64,000 bases of DNA from Clostridia bacterium (GTDB taxonomy: Bacteria > Bacillota > Clostridia > Christensenellales > Aristaeellaceae), in contig JAFQIB010000001.1 in assembly GCA_017397765.1 (NCBI GenBank), positions 2,936 through 66,935 on the forward strand, read 5' to 3'. Position 1 is the stretch's first letter; every line of letters begins with the position of its first letter. Position numbers and translations under genes: made by a program. Shown here one piece after another: positions 45,705 to 54,848 of the stretch. The notes below the pieces were generated by a model. That model was given only the letters and a program-made list of their open reading frames with translations, was not told the origin of the DNA and did not search any database.

Positions 45705-45779
45705 CTTTTTGACAGCTTTGATGGTGTTTGGATGCGCCGGATCGGCAGCCTGGATGCGCATCTGATCGGTGCTGCCGGC

Positions 45780-46199
45780 TTATTTGCCGGGATTCAGCAG
45801 GTGGTAAAGATTCTGCCCGAACTCGTGCCATGTATCGCCCCAATAGGGAAGAATGGCAGCGATGAACATCAGCAGGGCGATGATGAGCAGAACCTGCTTC
45901 GCCTTGCTCCACCATTCCTTTTCCCGCTGCATTTTCAGCGCGGTCAGCTCGTTCATATGCGCCAGCTGCCTGGCGACGTCAGAAAGCTCGGCGGGCTCCG
46001 GCGCAGGCGCTTCCCCCAAGAGACTTGTGACCGGCATTTCCAGAACCTCGGACAGGTGCAGCAGCGCTTCGGCGTCCGGCACCGAGGTGCCCTTCTCCCA
46101 TTTTGATATGGTCTGTCGGACGACGTTAAGCCGTACAGCAAGCTGCTCCTGGGACATTCCTTTGTTCATGCGAGCCTGCTTCAGATTTTCGTGCAGCAT
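45780..46199 (-). CDS. XRE-family HTH regulator with a C-terminal membrane anchor
   Basis: Start at MLHENLKQAR after AAAGGAGGAA. HTH MSQEQLAVRLNVVRQTISKWEKG. C-terminal TM VLLIIALLMFIAAILPYW. Confidence 0.8.
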   Translation of the reverse strand: MLHENLKQARMNKGMSQEQLAVRLNVVRQTISKWEKGTSVPDAEALLHLSEVLEMPVTSLLGEAPAPEPAELSDVARQLAHMNELTALKMQREKEWWSKAKQVLLIIALLMFIAAILPYWGDTWHEFGQNLYHLLNPGK

Positions 46200-46339
46200 G
46201 TGGATTCCTCCTTTGAGAACATTACAGCATGATGATACAGGAAAGGGAACCGGGCGGCAAGCAACGGGTGATAACATCTGTCAACGCCGGGTAACATGGC
46301 AGCAAAAAGGGCCTTCCCGGCAGGAAAGGCCCGAAGGAT

Positions 46340-48106
46340 TTACTTGCGGCAAACAGTGATGACCTCGCGCTCGCGGCAGGCAGTGGGATTGCCCAGCCCA
46401 TCCACGCCGCCGTCCATGTAGCGGGTGATGGTGACGGTATCCTCGTCCATGGCCTCGATATCGCACAGACCGTACTTGAGCACGTCGGACTGCTGGCGAT
46501 GGGTCAGCTTGTTGCTGACATACTGCTGCAGGCTCTTGTCCTCCTTGCCCCAGGGGAAGGGGCGGCGGTTCCAGGGATCGTGGCAGCCGCACAGACCGGC
46601 CTCGTCGCCGTAATAGATGGTGGGGCAGCCGGGCAGCGCGCACAGCAGATCCACGCACATCTTGTAGCGCTTGACGGCCAGCTCGTATTCGTCCACAGTC
46701 AGGTGGATGAACTGCTGCTCGTCCTTAGGCAGATCCATGCAGCCCTTGTCCACCAGCATGTTCAGCGCGCGGGGCCGGTCGTGGCTGCCGATCAGGTTCA
46801 TCAGCGCATAGCGGAAGGGAGCGGGATAGACCTCGGCCTGGTGCTTGACCAGCTTCACGAAATCCGCCGCGGTGGCATGGCCGGTGGCAAAATCCAGGAT
46901 GGCCGTGCGCAGGGGATAGTTCATGACGGAGTCAAGGGTGTCGCCGGTGCAGTAGCAGCGCATCTCGCCGTAGGCCACCTTGTTGGAGGCGTCCTCCCAC
47001 ACTTCGCCCAGCACCACGGCGTCGGGGTTGGCCTTGCGGGCTGCCTTGCGCAGCTTGCGCAGGAAGTCCATGCTCAGCTCATCCGCCACGTCCAGCCGCC
47101 AGCCGCAGGCGCCCCTGTGAATCCAGCGGGGCACGATGCCTTCCTTGTCCTTGAACATGAATTTCTGGTACTCCGGATGGTCCTTGCGCAGCTCGGGCAG
47201 GCTCAGGATGCCCCACCAGGCGCGGTAGTCCTCCGGGAACTTCTTGAAGGTGTACCAATCATAATAGGGGGAGGATTCGCCCTGATAGGCGCCCAGGGTG
47301 GGGTAGTGACCGAAGTGGTTGAAGTACACGCTGTCCTCGCCCGTGTGGGAGAACACGCCGTCCAGCAGCACGCGCATGCCCAGGGCCTTGGCCTCCTCGC
47401 ACAGGATCTGGAATTCCTCCTCCGTGCCGCACAGGGGGTCGATCTTGGAATAATCGCCGGTATCGTAGCGGTGGTTGGAGCGGGCGCGGAAGATGGGGTT
47501 GAGGTAGATGATATCAATGCCCAGGGACTTGAGATAGGGGAGCTTTTCCTTCACGCCGTTGAGGTTGCCGCCGTAGAAATCCAGCTCCTGATACTTACCG
47601 CCCCGCATGTCTCCCACAGAGATCATCTCTTCGTCCCACGTTTCGTGGACGTAGCGATCCTGACGGTCATCCTTCGCCGCGGTCTTGGCGCGGAAGAAGC
47701 GGTCAGGGAAGATCTGGTAAATATTTGCGCTGTGGAAATAGGCGGGGGTGGTGAAATCCTTGTCATACACGGTGATCTGGAAGGATTCCGGCTCACCGGA
47801 GGTATAGGCCTGGCCCTCGCCGCCCAGCTTGTCGGGATTGTTGCCGTAGATCAGGGTGCGGCCATCCTTGCGGTACACGATAAAGCGGTACCAGTACAAA
47901 CCGGGATTCTCCGGCAGCTGGATGGCAGTCTCCCATACATCGTTCCCGACGTTGAGCATGGCATAGCACAGCTCCTCATCCTGCCAGGTGCGCAGGATAA
48001 CGGCGGTCGCCTCATCGCAGCGGAAGCGGATGGTGACGGTGCTGCCGGTGACGGCGGGCCCCATGGGCTGACGGTAGAATGCCTGGTGGGAATCGTGGAG
48101 CATCAT
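46340..48106 (-). CDS. GH13 alpha-glycosidase (neopullulanase/maltogenic-amylase type)
   Basis: GH13 conserved regions DGVFSHTG, GWRLDVADE, GEVWED and LIGSHDRPR, plus an N-terminal beta-sandwich domain. No signal peptide. Confidence 0.85.
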   Translation of the reverse strand: MMLHDSHQAFYRQPMGPAVTGSTVTIRFRCDEATAVILRTWQDEELCYAMLNVGNDVWETAIQLPENPGLYWYRFIVYRKDGRTLIYGNNPDKLGGEGQAYTSGEPESFQITVYDKDFTTPAYFHSANIYQIFPDRFFRAKTAAKDDRQDRYVHETWDEEMISVGDMRGGKYQELDFYGGNLNGVKEKLPYLKSLGIDIIYLNPIFRARSNHRYDTGDYSKIDPLCGTEEEFQILCEEAKALGMRVLLDGVFSHTGEDSVYFNHFGHYPTLGAYQGESSPYYDWYTFKKFPEDYRAWWGILSLPELRKDHPEYQKFMFKDKEGIVPRWIHRGACGWRLDVADELSMDFLRKLRKAARKANPDAVVLGEVWEDASNKVAYGEMRCYCTGDTLDSVMNYPLRTAILDFATGHATAADFVKLVKHQAEVYPAPFRYALMNLIGSHDRPRALNMLVDKGCMDLPKDEQQFIHLTVDEYELAVKRYKMCVDLLCALPGCPTIYYGDEAGLCGCHDPWNRRPFPWGKEDKSLQQYVSNKLTHRQQSDVLKYGLCDIEAMDEDTVTITRYMDGGVDGLGNPTACREREVITVCRK

Positions 48107-48188
48107 CGCAGTATCAGTCCTGTCTATCGTTTTTTTCGGGCTTTTACAGTGGTGATCGGGGCAGACCGGAAACGTTTTCAGTCCCGGC

Positions 48189-48224
48189 GAAAAGCTCGCC
48201 CGGACAATCGGGACTGCCCGGGCG
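48189..48224 (-). terminator. Candidate terminator after glgP
   Basis: Minus strand reads CGCCCGGgcagtcccgattgtCCGGGCG followed by AGCTTTTC. Confidence 0.45.
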
Positions 48225-48248
48225 GAGAGAACGTGAGGAATAACAGGC

Positions 48249-50702
48249 TTACTTGGTCAGGGGATCCAGATGCCAGATGGTATCATTGTATTCACGGATG
48301 GTGCGGTCGGAGGAGAAGACGCCGGACATGGCGGTATTGATGACGGCCATGCGGTTCCACTTGTCCTTGTCGGCATAGTCCTTATCGATGCGGCGCTGGG
48401 CCATGGAGTAGGAGCCGAAGTCCTTCAGGACGAAATAGGGATCACCCATGGAGCCGTAATCGCCGATGAGCAGGCTGTGGTAGAGATCCTGCAGGGCGCC
48501 GGGGGCCTCGGGCATCACGGTGCCGTCGATCATCTGGGTCAGGGCCAGGCGCAGCTCCGCGTTGGTCTCGAAGATGGACATGGGGTTGTAGGTCCGCTCG
48601 CGGTACATATCCAGCACGGTGTCGGAGCGCATGCCGAAGATGTAGATGTTGTCCATGCCGACCTGCTCGGAGATCTCCACATTCGCGCCGTCCATGGTGC
48701 CGATGGTAACCGCACCGTTCATCATGTACTTCATGTTGCCGGTGCCGCTGGCCTCCTTGGAGGCGGTGGACAGCTGCTCGGACACTTCGGTCGCGGGGAT
48801 GAGAATCTGGGCGCTGGACACGTCGTAGTTCTCCAGGAACACCACCTGCAGCATCTTGCGGGCGCGGGGGTGCTTCTCGATCAGACGGGACAGGGCGTTG
48901 ATGAAGCGGATGATCTGCTTGGCGCGGTTGTAGCCGGGCGCGGCCTTGGAGCCGAAGATGAAGGTGCGGGGCTGCATCGTAAAGTTTGCATCGTTCACAA
49001 TGCGGTTATACAGCACCAGGCAGTGCAGGGCATTGAGCATCTGGCGCTTGTACTCGTGCAGACGCTTGGACTGGGCGTCGAAGATGAACTCGGGATCGAC
49101 CTCAGCGCCCTGATGGCTCTTGAGGAACTTGGCCAGGCGCTCCTTATTGTGGCGCTTGACCTTGGCGAACTGCTCGCGGAAGGCGGCGTCGTCCGCAAAG
49201 GGCTTCAGGTTCTCCAGCAGCTCGGTGTTCTTGATCCAGTCCGTGCCGATGGCTTCGTTGATCAGATTCGTCAGCTCGGGGTTGCAGGCCATCAGCCAGC
49301 GGCGGTGCGTGATGCCGTTGGTGATCGCGCTGAACTTCTCGGGCATGACCTGATAGAAATCGTGGAAGGTTTCAGCCTTGAGGATGTCGCCGTGGAGCTG
49401 GGAAACGCCGTTGGTGTTGTAGGTCATGGCAACGCAGAGGTTGGCCATGTGGATGTAGCCGTAGGAGATGATGGCCATCTTGCCCACGCGCTCGGCCTGG
49501 CCGGGGAAGTGATTCCACAGACGGGCGCACAGACGGCGGTTCATTTCCACCAGAATCTGGTAGATACGGGGCAGCAGGGTTTTCACCATGTTTTCAGGCC
49601 ACTTTTCCAGGGCCTCGGCCATGATGGTGTGATTGGTGTAGGCGATGGTCCTGGAGACGATGGCCTGTGCCTCGTCCCAGCCCAGACCCTCTTCGTCAAT
49701 CAGCAGACGCATCAGCTCGGGAATGGCCAAGCCGGGGTGGGTATCATTGACGTGCACGACCACCTTTTCAGGAAGCTTCTGCCAGTTGGTGCCGTTGAGC
49801 TTCTTGAAGTCCTTGATCATGTACTGCAGCGTGGCAGAGGTGAAGAAGTACTGCTGCTTCAGGCGGAGCAGCTTGCCTTCATAATGATTGTCTTCGGGGT
49901 AGAGGATGTTGGAGATGGCTTCTGCCAGCTCCTTTTCCTCGGTGGCCTGCACATACTGGCCGCGGCCGAAGGAGCCCAGGTCCATGCGCTTGGGGGAGCG
50001 GGCGCTCCACAGGCGCAGGCTGTTCACCGTGGAGGTGTCATAGCCCACCAGCGGCATATCGTAGGGCACGGCTTCCACCGTGTTGTAGCCCACATGCTTG
50101 AAGGTCAGGCGGCCCTGCTCCTCGGTCATCTCCACATGGCCGTTGAAGTGCACCTCGCAGGCGTCCTCCATGACGGGCATTTCCCACACATTGCCGTTGC
50201 CCAGCCAGTAGTCGGGCAGCTCAACCTGCTGGCCGTCCACGATCTTCTGGCGGAACAGGCCGTATTCATAGCGGATGGAGCAGCCCATGGCGGGCAGATC
50301 CAGGGAAGCCAGGGAATCCATGAAGCAGGCAGCCAGACGGCCCAGACCGCCGTTGCCCAGCGCGGGTTCGGGCTCTTCCTTCAGCACCGCGTCGATATCG
50401 ATGCCCAGCTCGTCAATGGCGGCCTTGTATTCGGCGCTGGACAACAGGTTCAGGATATTGGTGTACAGGCTGCGGCCCATGAGAAATTCCACGGACAGGT
50501 AGTACAGGCGCTTGTTGTTGTGGCTCTTGCGCTCCTCGCGGGAGATCATCCACTTCTGCATGATCTGGTCGCGGACGGTGGAGGCCAGGGCGCGGTAGAT
50601 CTGCGCATTGGAGGCCTCCTGGATGGTACGGCCGTTATAGCGCTGAAGCTTGCCGATAATGGAAGCTTTGATGGATTCCTTGTCAAAGGACTTGGTGGGC
50701 AT
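48249..50702 (-). CDS. glgP: glycogen/maltodextrin phosphorylase
   Basis: 817 aa. PLP-site motif EASGTGNMKYMMNGA and LGNGGLGRLAACF. Confidence 0.95.
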   Translation of the reverse strand: MPTKSFDKESIKASIIGKLQRYNGRTIQEASNAQIYRALASTVRDQIMQKWMISREERKSHNNKRLYYLSVEFLMGRSLYTNILNLLSSAEYKAAIDELGIDIDAVLKEEPEPALGNGGLGRLAACFMDSLASLDLPAMGCSIRYEYGLFRQKIVDGQQVELPDYWLGNGNVWEMPVMEDACEVHFNGHVEMTEEQGRLTFKHVGYNTVEAVPYDMPLVGYDTSTVNSLRLWSARSPKRMDLGSFGRGQYVQATEEKELAEAISNILYPEDNHYEGKLLRLKQQYFFTSATLQYMIKDFKKLNGTNWQKLPEKVVVHVNDTHPGLAIPELMRLLIDEEGLGWDEAQAIVSRTIAYTNHTIMAEALEKWPENMVKTLLPRIYQILVEMNRRLCARLWNHFPGQAERVGKMAIISYGYIHMANLCVAMTYNTNGVSQLHGDILKAETFHDFYQVMPEKFSAITNGITHRRWLMACNPELTNLINEAIGTDWIKNTELLENLKPFADDAAFREQFAKVKRHNKERLAKFLKSHQGAEVDPEFIFDAQSKRLHEYKRQMLNALHCLVLYNRIVNDANFTMQPRTFIFGSKAAPGYNRAKQIIRFINALSRLIEKHPRARKMLQVVFLENYDVSSAQILIPATEVSEQLSTASKEASGTGNMKYMMNGAVTIGTMDGANVEISEQVGMDNIYIFGMRSDTVLDMYRERTYNPMSIFETNAELRLALTQMIDGTVMPEAPGALQDLYHSLLIGDYGSMGDPYFVLKDFGSYSMAQRRIDKDYADKDKWNRMAVINTAMSGVFSSDRTIREYNDTIWHLDPLTK

Positions 50703-50809
50703 GGGGATTATTTCCTCCTCGTGTTTTCAGGAAAATGCTCCTGAAATCTATATGGGTGATACCGTCAGGGTTGACGGTACGCGGAATAAGCGTTGTCACC
50801 AACTACAAC

Positions 50810-50838
50810 ATTATACATTCATTTTGGAATTTTGACAA
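50810..50838 (-). promoter_or_regulatory. sigma-A type promoter for glgP
   Basis: Minus strand reads TTGTCA-17 nt-TATAAT, about 105 nt upstream of the ATG. Confidence 0.6.
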
Positions 50839-50911
50839 GCGATTTTGCATTTTCCTGTGTTTTTTCCTGCAGAATCAATCGTGCATGTGGGAAATGTATC
50901 GGATATCGGCC

Positions 50912-52132
50912 TTATTCCACCTTTGGCGTTCCGGGGGAGATGGCGGATTTGCCAAAGCGCCTCCGGACGCTGTCCATGGCCTGCTCGATGCGGGCCTGCC
51001 GGGGGTCGTCGGGCCGCACGTCCGTCAGGAAGGACAGCTGTGCGGTCTCTTCCTCCTCTTCGCCGCACAGTGCGGAGGCGGTGACGGTCAGCAGCCGGAT
51101 GGGCGCGTCCTGACGCCAGCAGTGCTGCAGGATGGACAGGGCTTCCCGGAAAATGATCTTTGTCAGGCTGGTGGGCATGGCCAGCGTTTTTTGCCGGGAG
51201 ATCACCTTGAGCTGGGGGTCCTTGATCTGCACGGTGATAGTGCGGCATTTGAGGTGCTGGGCGCGGAGCCTGCTGCCCACGCTGTCGCACAGGGGCATGA
51301 GGCCGGCCCGCCAGGCTTCCTCGCCGATCAGGTCATGGGGGAAGGTCATGCCGTTGCCCACGGATTTGACTGCCTCCGCTTCTCCCCAGCGGCGCACCGG
51401 GCTGTCGTCCTGCCCGTTGGCCATGGCATGCAGGCTTTCCCCCTGCTTGCCCAGCCATTTGACCAGGCTCTCCCTGGGCGCGGCGGCCAGCATGCCGATG
51501 GTCGTGATCCCATGGCGGCGCAGCACATCTGCGGCGGCGCGGCCTACAAAAAGCATATCCTGGATGGGGAGCGGATAGAGCAGACGGGTCACATTTTCCC
51601 TCGTGATGAGGGTGGCGGCGTCCGGCTTCTTGTAATCGCTGCCCAGTTTGGCCCACCAGCGGTTGTCGCTCACGCCCACGCTGATGGTGATGCCCAGCTC
51701 CTCCCGGATGCGGCGGCGCAGCAGATCGGCAATGGACTGCCCATCCCCGAAGAGCCGCTGGGAGCCGGTTACGTCCAGCCAGCTTTCATCCACGGAGAAG
51801 GGCTCCACCTGATCGGTGACGCTCAGGTAGATCTCATTCACCCGGCGGGACATGGCCTCGTATTCATCGTGATGGGGCGGCAGCAGCACCAGGTCGGGGC
51901 ATTTCTTTTTCGCCTGCCAGACGGTCTCTGCGGTCTGGACGCCGTATCGCTTGGCGATCATGTTCTTCGCCAGGATGATGCCGTGCCGTCCCTCCGGATC
52001 GCCGGCGACGGCCACGGGCTTATCCCGCAGCTCCGGGAATTTCAGCAGCTCCACGGACGCATAGAAGTTGTTGCAGTCGCAGTGGAGGATGACCCGGCCG
52101 GACTCCGGCTGGCGCAGGGAATCAGTATGCAT
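50912..52132 (-). CDS. dinB: DNA polymerase IV (Y-family)
   Basis: ILHCDCNNFYASVE, SIDEAYLDV-like SVDESWLDVT and ISVGVSDN. Confidence 0.9.
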   Translation of the reverse strand: MHTDSLRQPESGRVILHCDCNNFYASVELLKFPELRDKPVAVAGDPEGRHGIILAKNMIAKRYGVQTAETVWQAKKKCPDLVLLPPHHDEYEAMSRRVNEIYLSVTDQVEPFSVDESWLDVTGSQRLFGDGQSIADLLRRRIREELGITISVGVSDNRWWAKLGSDYKKPDAATLITRENVTRLLYPLPIQDMLFVGRAAADVLRRHGITTIGMLAAAPRESLVKWLGKQGESLHAMANGQDDSPVRRWGEAEAVKSVGNGMTFPHDLIGEEAWRAGLMPLCDSVGSRLRAQHLKCRTITVQIKDPQLKVISRQKTLAMPTSLTKIIFREALSILQHCWRQDAPIRLLTVTASALCGEEEEETAQLSFLTDVRPDDPRQARIEQAMDSVRRRFGKSAISPGTPKVE

Positions 52133-52346
52133 CGTCGTCCTCGTCCTTCTTGACGAAGTTGGCGGCCAGGTTTTCCGGCTGGAACCGGGGATCGAAGGCC
52201 AGCGCCCGGATGCTTTCCCGGCTCACGACGGTATTGGTGCCCAGGCAGTCGGTGCAACGGTAGAAGCACTCCGGGCATACGCAGCCCAGATGGGGGGCGT
52301 CCGCCTGGACCATATAGATTCCGCATTCCTTGCAGCTGCAGCGCAT
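52122..52346 (-). CDS. small Cys-rich (zinc-ribbon-like) protein with an acidic tail
   Basis: Start at MRCSCKECG after AGGAAAGGA. Cys pairs CKEC, CPEC and CTDC; C-terminal KKDEDDDAY. The stop overlaps the dinB start by 11 nt. Confidence 0.5.
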   Translation of the reverse strand: MRCSCKECGIYMVQADAPHLGCVCPECFYRCTDCLGTNTVVSRESIRALAFDPRFQPENLAANFVKKDEDDDAY

Positions 52347-52461
52347 AAAAGCAACATCCTTTCCTGGCAGCAAATATCTGGTTCATTATAGCATGGGTGC
52401 GGCGGAATGGGAAGGGGAACGGCATGAAAAAGCGAACCGGCAGCAGCCGGTCCGCTCAGCA

Positions 52462-52716
52462 TCAGAGATACTTGACATCCCCGTCCAGATCCTCCACGAC
52501 CCGCACGCATTTGCGCAGCGCCTCTGCCGTTTCCCCTTCGCCCTGGGAGAGGATGCAGAGATTCACGCGGCAGCTTTTGCGCTCGGAGAGACAGTCATAG
52601 AGTGCGTCGGCGTTGCAGCCGTAATAATCCGGCAGATCGAGCATCAGCTTCAGGGCCAGATGAAGCTCGTTTGCGGAGGCGTACCTGTTGGCGTCAACGA
52701 AGATGTTCTGTGTCAT
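52462..52716 (-). CDS. barstar-family (RNase inhibitor) protein
   Basis: LHLALKLMLDLPDYYGCNADALYDCL matches the barstar signature (FP-DYYG-N-DALWDCL). 84 aa. The start overlaps the pyk 3' end by 23 nt. Confidence 0.7.
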   Translation of the reverse strand: MTQNIFVDANRYASANELHLALKLMLDLPDYYGCNADALYDCLSERKSCRVNLCILSQGEGETAEALRKCVRVVEDLDGDVKYL

Positions 52717-54460
52717 TTGCGCTCACCGTGCCTTTCTTGCCGTCGAGAGTGACCACTGCGCCGGATTTGAGGATCTCCGTGGCATGGGCGGCGCCGATGA
52801 TGACGGGGATATCCAGCGTCATGCCGGCGATCGCGCCATGGCCCTCGGGGTTGCTGTCCTCCAGCACCAGACCGGAGGCCTTGCGCAGCATGGGGAACAT
52901 ATTGCCGGTGGTCTGCTTGCAGACGATGATGTCGCCGTCGTCAAAGGCGGGAGCGTCCTGTTCAAAATCCCGGATGACGCAGATGGGCGCGACGATGCGT
53001 CCGCCGTGGAGGCCAACGCCCTGGGTGAGCATATGGCCGACCACATGCACCTTCATCAGATTAGTGGTGCCGGAAATGCCCAGCGGCACGCCGGCAGTCA
53101 GCACGACCAGCTCGCCGTCCCGGACGATGCCTGCCGCCACTGCGGCGTCCACGGCATGCTCGAACAGATCGTCCGTGTTGGATTCCTTGCCGATCATCAG
53201 CGGCACGGTGCCCCAGGACAGGGACATCTGCCGCCATACGCGGGGCACGCTGGTGCAGCCCACGATCACGCTGCGGGGGCGGTAGCGGCTCAGGGTGCGG
53301 GGCGTGGAGCCGGACATGGAGACCGTGATGATCGCGCTGGCATTCAGATCCTGCGCGGAGGTCACGGTGGCATGGGAGATGGCGTTGGTGACGTCGGTGG
53401 AGACGGCGTTGGCGCGGGTGAAGCCGCGGATGTTCTTGATGTCGGCCTCGGCGGCCAGGGCGATCTTCACCATGGTCTGCACCGCTTCCACGGGGTATGC
53501 GCCCACGGCGGTCTCGCCGGAGAGCATGATGGCGCTGGTGCCGTCATAGATGGCGTTGGCAACGTCCGTGGCCTCAGCGCGGGTGGGGCGGGGATTCTTG
53601 ATCATGGAGTCCAGCATCTGGGTGGCGGTGATGACCGGCTTGCCCAGGGCCAGACAGCGCTGGATCAGTTCCTTCTGCAGGGAAGGCACGACCTCCAGGG
53701 GCACCTCGACGCCCAGATCACCGCGGGCGACCATCACGCCGTCCACCACGCGGAGGATCTCGTCGATGTTTTCCACGCCCTCCATGTTTTCGATCTTGGC
53801 GATGATGTTGATGCCGCTGCCGTCATGCTCCTTGAGGATCTGACGCATCTGCAGGATATCGTCAGCGGAGCGGGTGAAGGAGGCGGCGATAAAGTCGAAG
53901 CCGTTTTCCGCTGCGAAGATGATATCGGAGCGATCCTTTTCGCTGATGAAGGGCATGGACAGATGCACGTTGGGAATATTCACGCCCTTGTTGTTGGAGA
54001 CAACGCCTCCGTTGTTGACGCGGCAGACGATATCGTTGCCCTCGATCTTTTCCACCACCATGCCGATCAGGCCGTCGTCGATCAGGATGGCATTGCCGAC
54101 CTTCACGTCCTGGGGCAGATTCTGATAGGTGATGGAGACGCGGTGCTCGTCGCCCTCGACCTCATCGGCGGTCAGCGTGAAGCGCTGGCCGGGCTGCAGC
54201 GTTACCCTGCCCTCCTTGAAGGAACGCACACGCACCTCGGGGCCCTTGGTGTCCAGCAGTGTGGCGATGGGCAGACCCAGCTCGTCGCGGATACGGCAGA
54301 CCTCGTTATGATTGCGCTTGTGGCTCTCATGGTCGCCGTGGGAGAAGTTGAAGCGCGCCACATTCATGCCGGCCTTCATCAGGTCGGCAATCAGGCCCTT
54401 TTCAAACAGGTTCGGGCCCATGGTGCAGACGATCTTTGTCTTGCGGATGGGGGTGGTCAT
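52694..54460 (-). CDS. pyk: pyruvate kinase with a C-terminal PEP-utilizer mobile domain
   Basis: Start at MTTPIRKTKIVCTMGP after GGAGGA. MVARGDLGVE and a C-terminal GHGAIAGMTLDIPVIIG domain. Confidence 0.95.
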   Translation of the reverse strand: MTTPIRKTKIVCTMGPNLFEKGLIADLMKAGMNVARFNFSHGDHESHKRNHNEVCRIRDELGLPIATLLDTKGPEVRVRSFKEGRVTLQPGQRFTLTADEVEGDEHRVSITYQNLPQDVKVGNAILIDDGLIGMVVEKIEGNDIVCRVNNGGVVSNNKGVNIPNVHLSMPFISEKDRSDIIFAAENGFDFIAASFTRSADDILQMRQILKEHDGSGINIIAKIENMEGVENIDEILRVVDGVMVARGDLGVEVPLEVVPSLQKELIQRCLALGKPVITATQMLDSMIKNPRPTRAEATDVANAIYDGTSAIMLSGETAVGAYPVEAVQTMVKIALAAEADIKNIRGFTRANAVSTDVTNAISHATVTSAQDLNASAIITVSMSGSTPRTLSRYRPRSVIVGCTSVPRVWRQMSLSWGTVPLMIGKESNTDDLFEHAVDAAVAAGIVRDGELVVLTAGVPLGISGTTNLMKVHVVGHMLTQGVGLHGGRIVAPICVIRDFEQDAPAFDDGDIIVCKQTTGNMFPMLRKASGLVLEDSNPEGHGAIAGMTLDIPVIIGAAHATEILKSGAVVTLDGKKGTVSANDTEHLR

Positions 54461-54574
54461 GGTGACAGTCCTCCATGATATATGTAGATTAACGGTTAGT
54501 CTGGTGTATACCATTGCTTATTATACAACATTTTTCGCCCCTTGTGAAGAGGGCAGGGGCGATTGACAGAAAAA

Positions 54575-54843
54575 GAGCGCACCCGCTTTCGCGGATGCGC
54601 CCAGACTGTCAAAAAACCTATGGGTGGCATTGGAGGGCTCGCAAGCCCTCCGATTTTAGATCGAAAATCGGCGACATGCGCGGCGATTTTCGCGCGATTT
54701 TGCTTGCAAAATCGCTTCCTTACACGAGCAAACGGCCGGGAGAGCCATTTATGGCTCGACCAGTGCGCGAGTGCAAACCCTCGAATAAGTGCCTAAAGCA
54801 CTTTTTCGACACCCTGAGCGCACCCGCTTTCGCGGATGCGCCC
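54575..54843. mobile_element. MITE-like structured element (213-bp body) flanked by a 28-bp direct duplication of a terminator hairpin
   Basis: Identical 28-mers GAGCGCACCCGCTTTCGCGGATGCGCCC sit at 54575-54602 and 54816-54843. Body ends are AGACTGTCAAAAAAC vs rc AGGGTGTCGAAAAAG. The interior is a chain of short perfect hairpins and is related to the body at 45339-45676. Confidence 0.6.
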
Positions 54844-54848
54844 GGCAG

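Noticed and set aside
48270-50744. An 824-aa + strand ORF covers all of glgP. Similar full-length mirrors exist at 7059-8729 (5'-nucleotidase), 9137-10561 (gatA), 46499-48340 (GH13), 52688-54478 (pyk) and 14285-15598 (pyrC).
   Set aside because: The reason is the same: each shares the codon phase of a strongly supported gene on the other strand and lacks an RBS, motifs or plausible composition. I checked the phase explicitly for gatA: 9134 and 10559 are both 2 mod 3.
50784-50799. A possible catabolite-responsive element (cre) in the glgP leader (minus strand GTGACAACGCTTATTC).
   Set aside because: It matches only part of the TGWAANCGNTNWCA consensus; the right half-site is poor. That is not enough to call without a scoring matrix.
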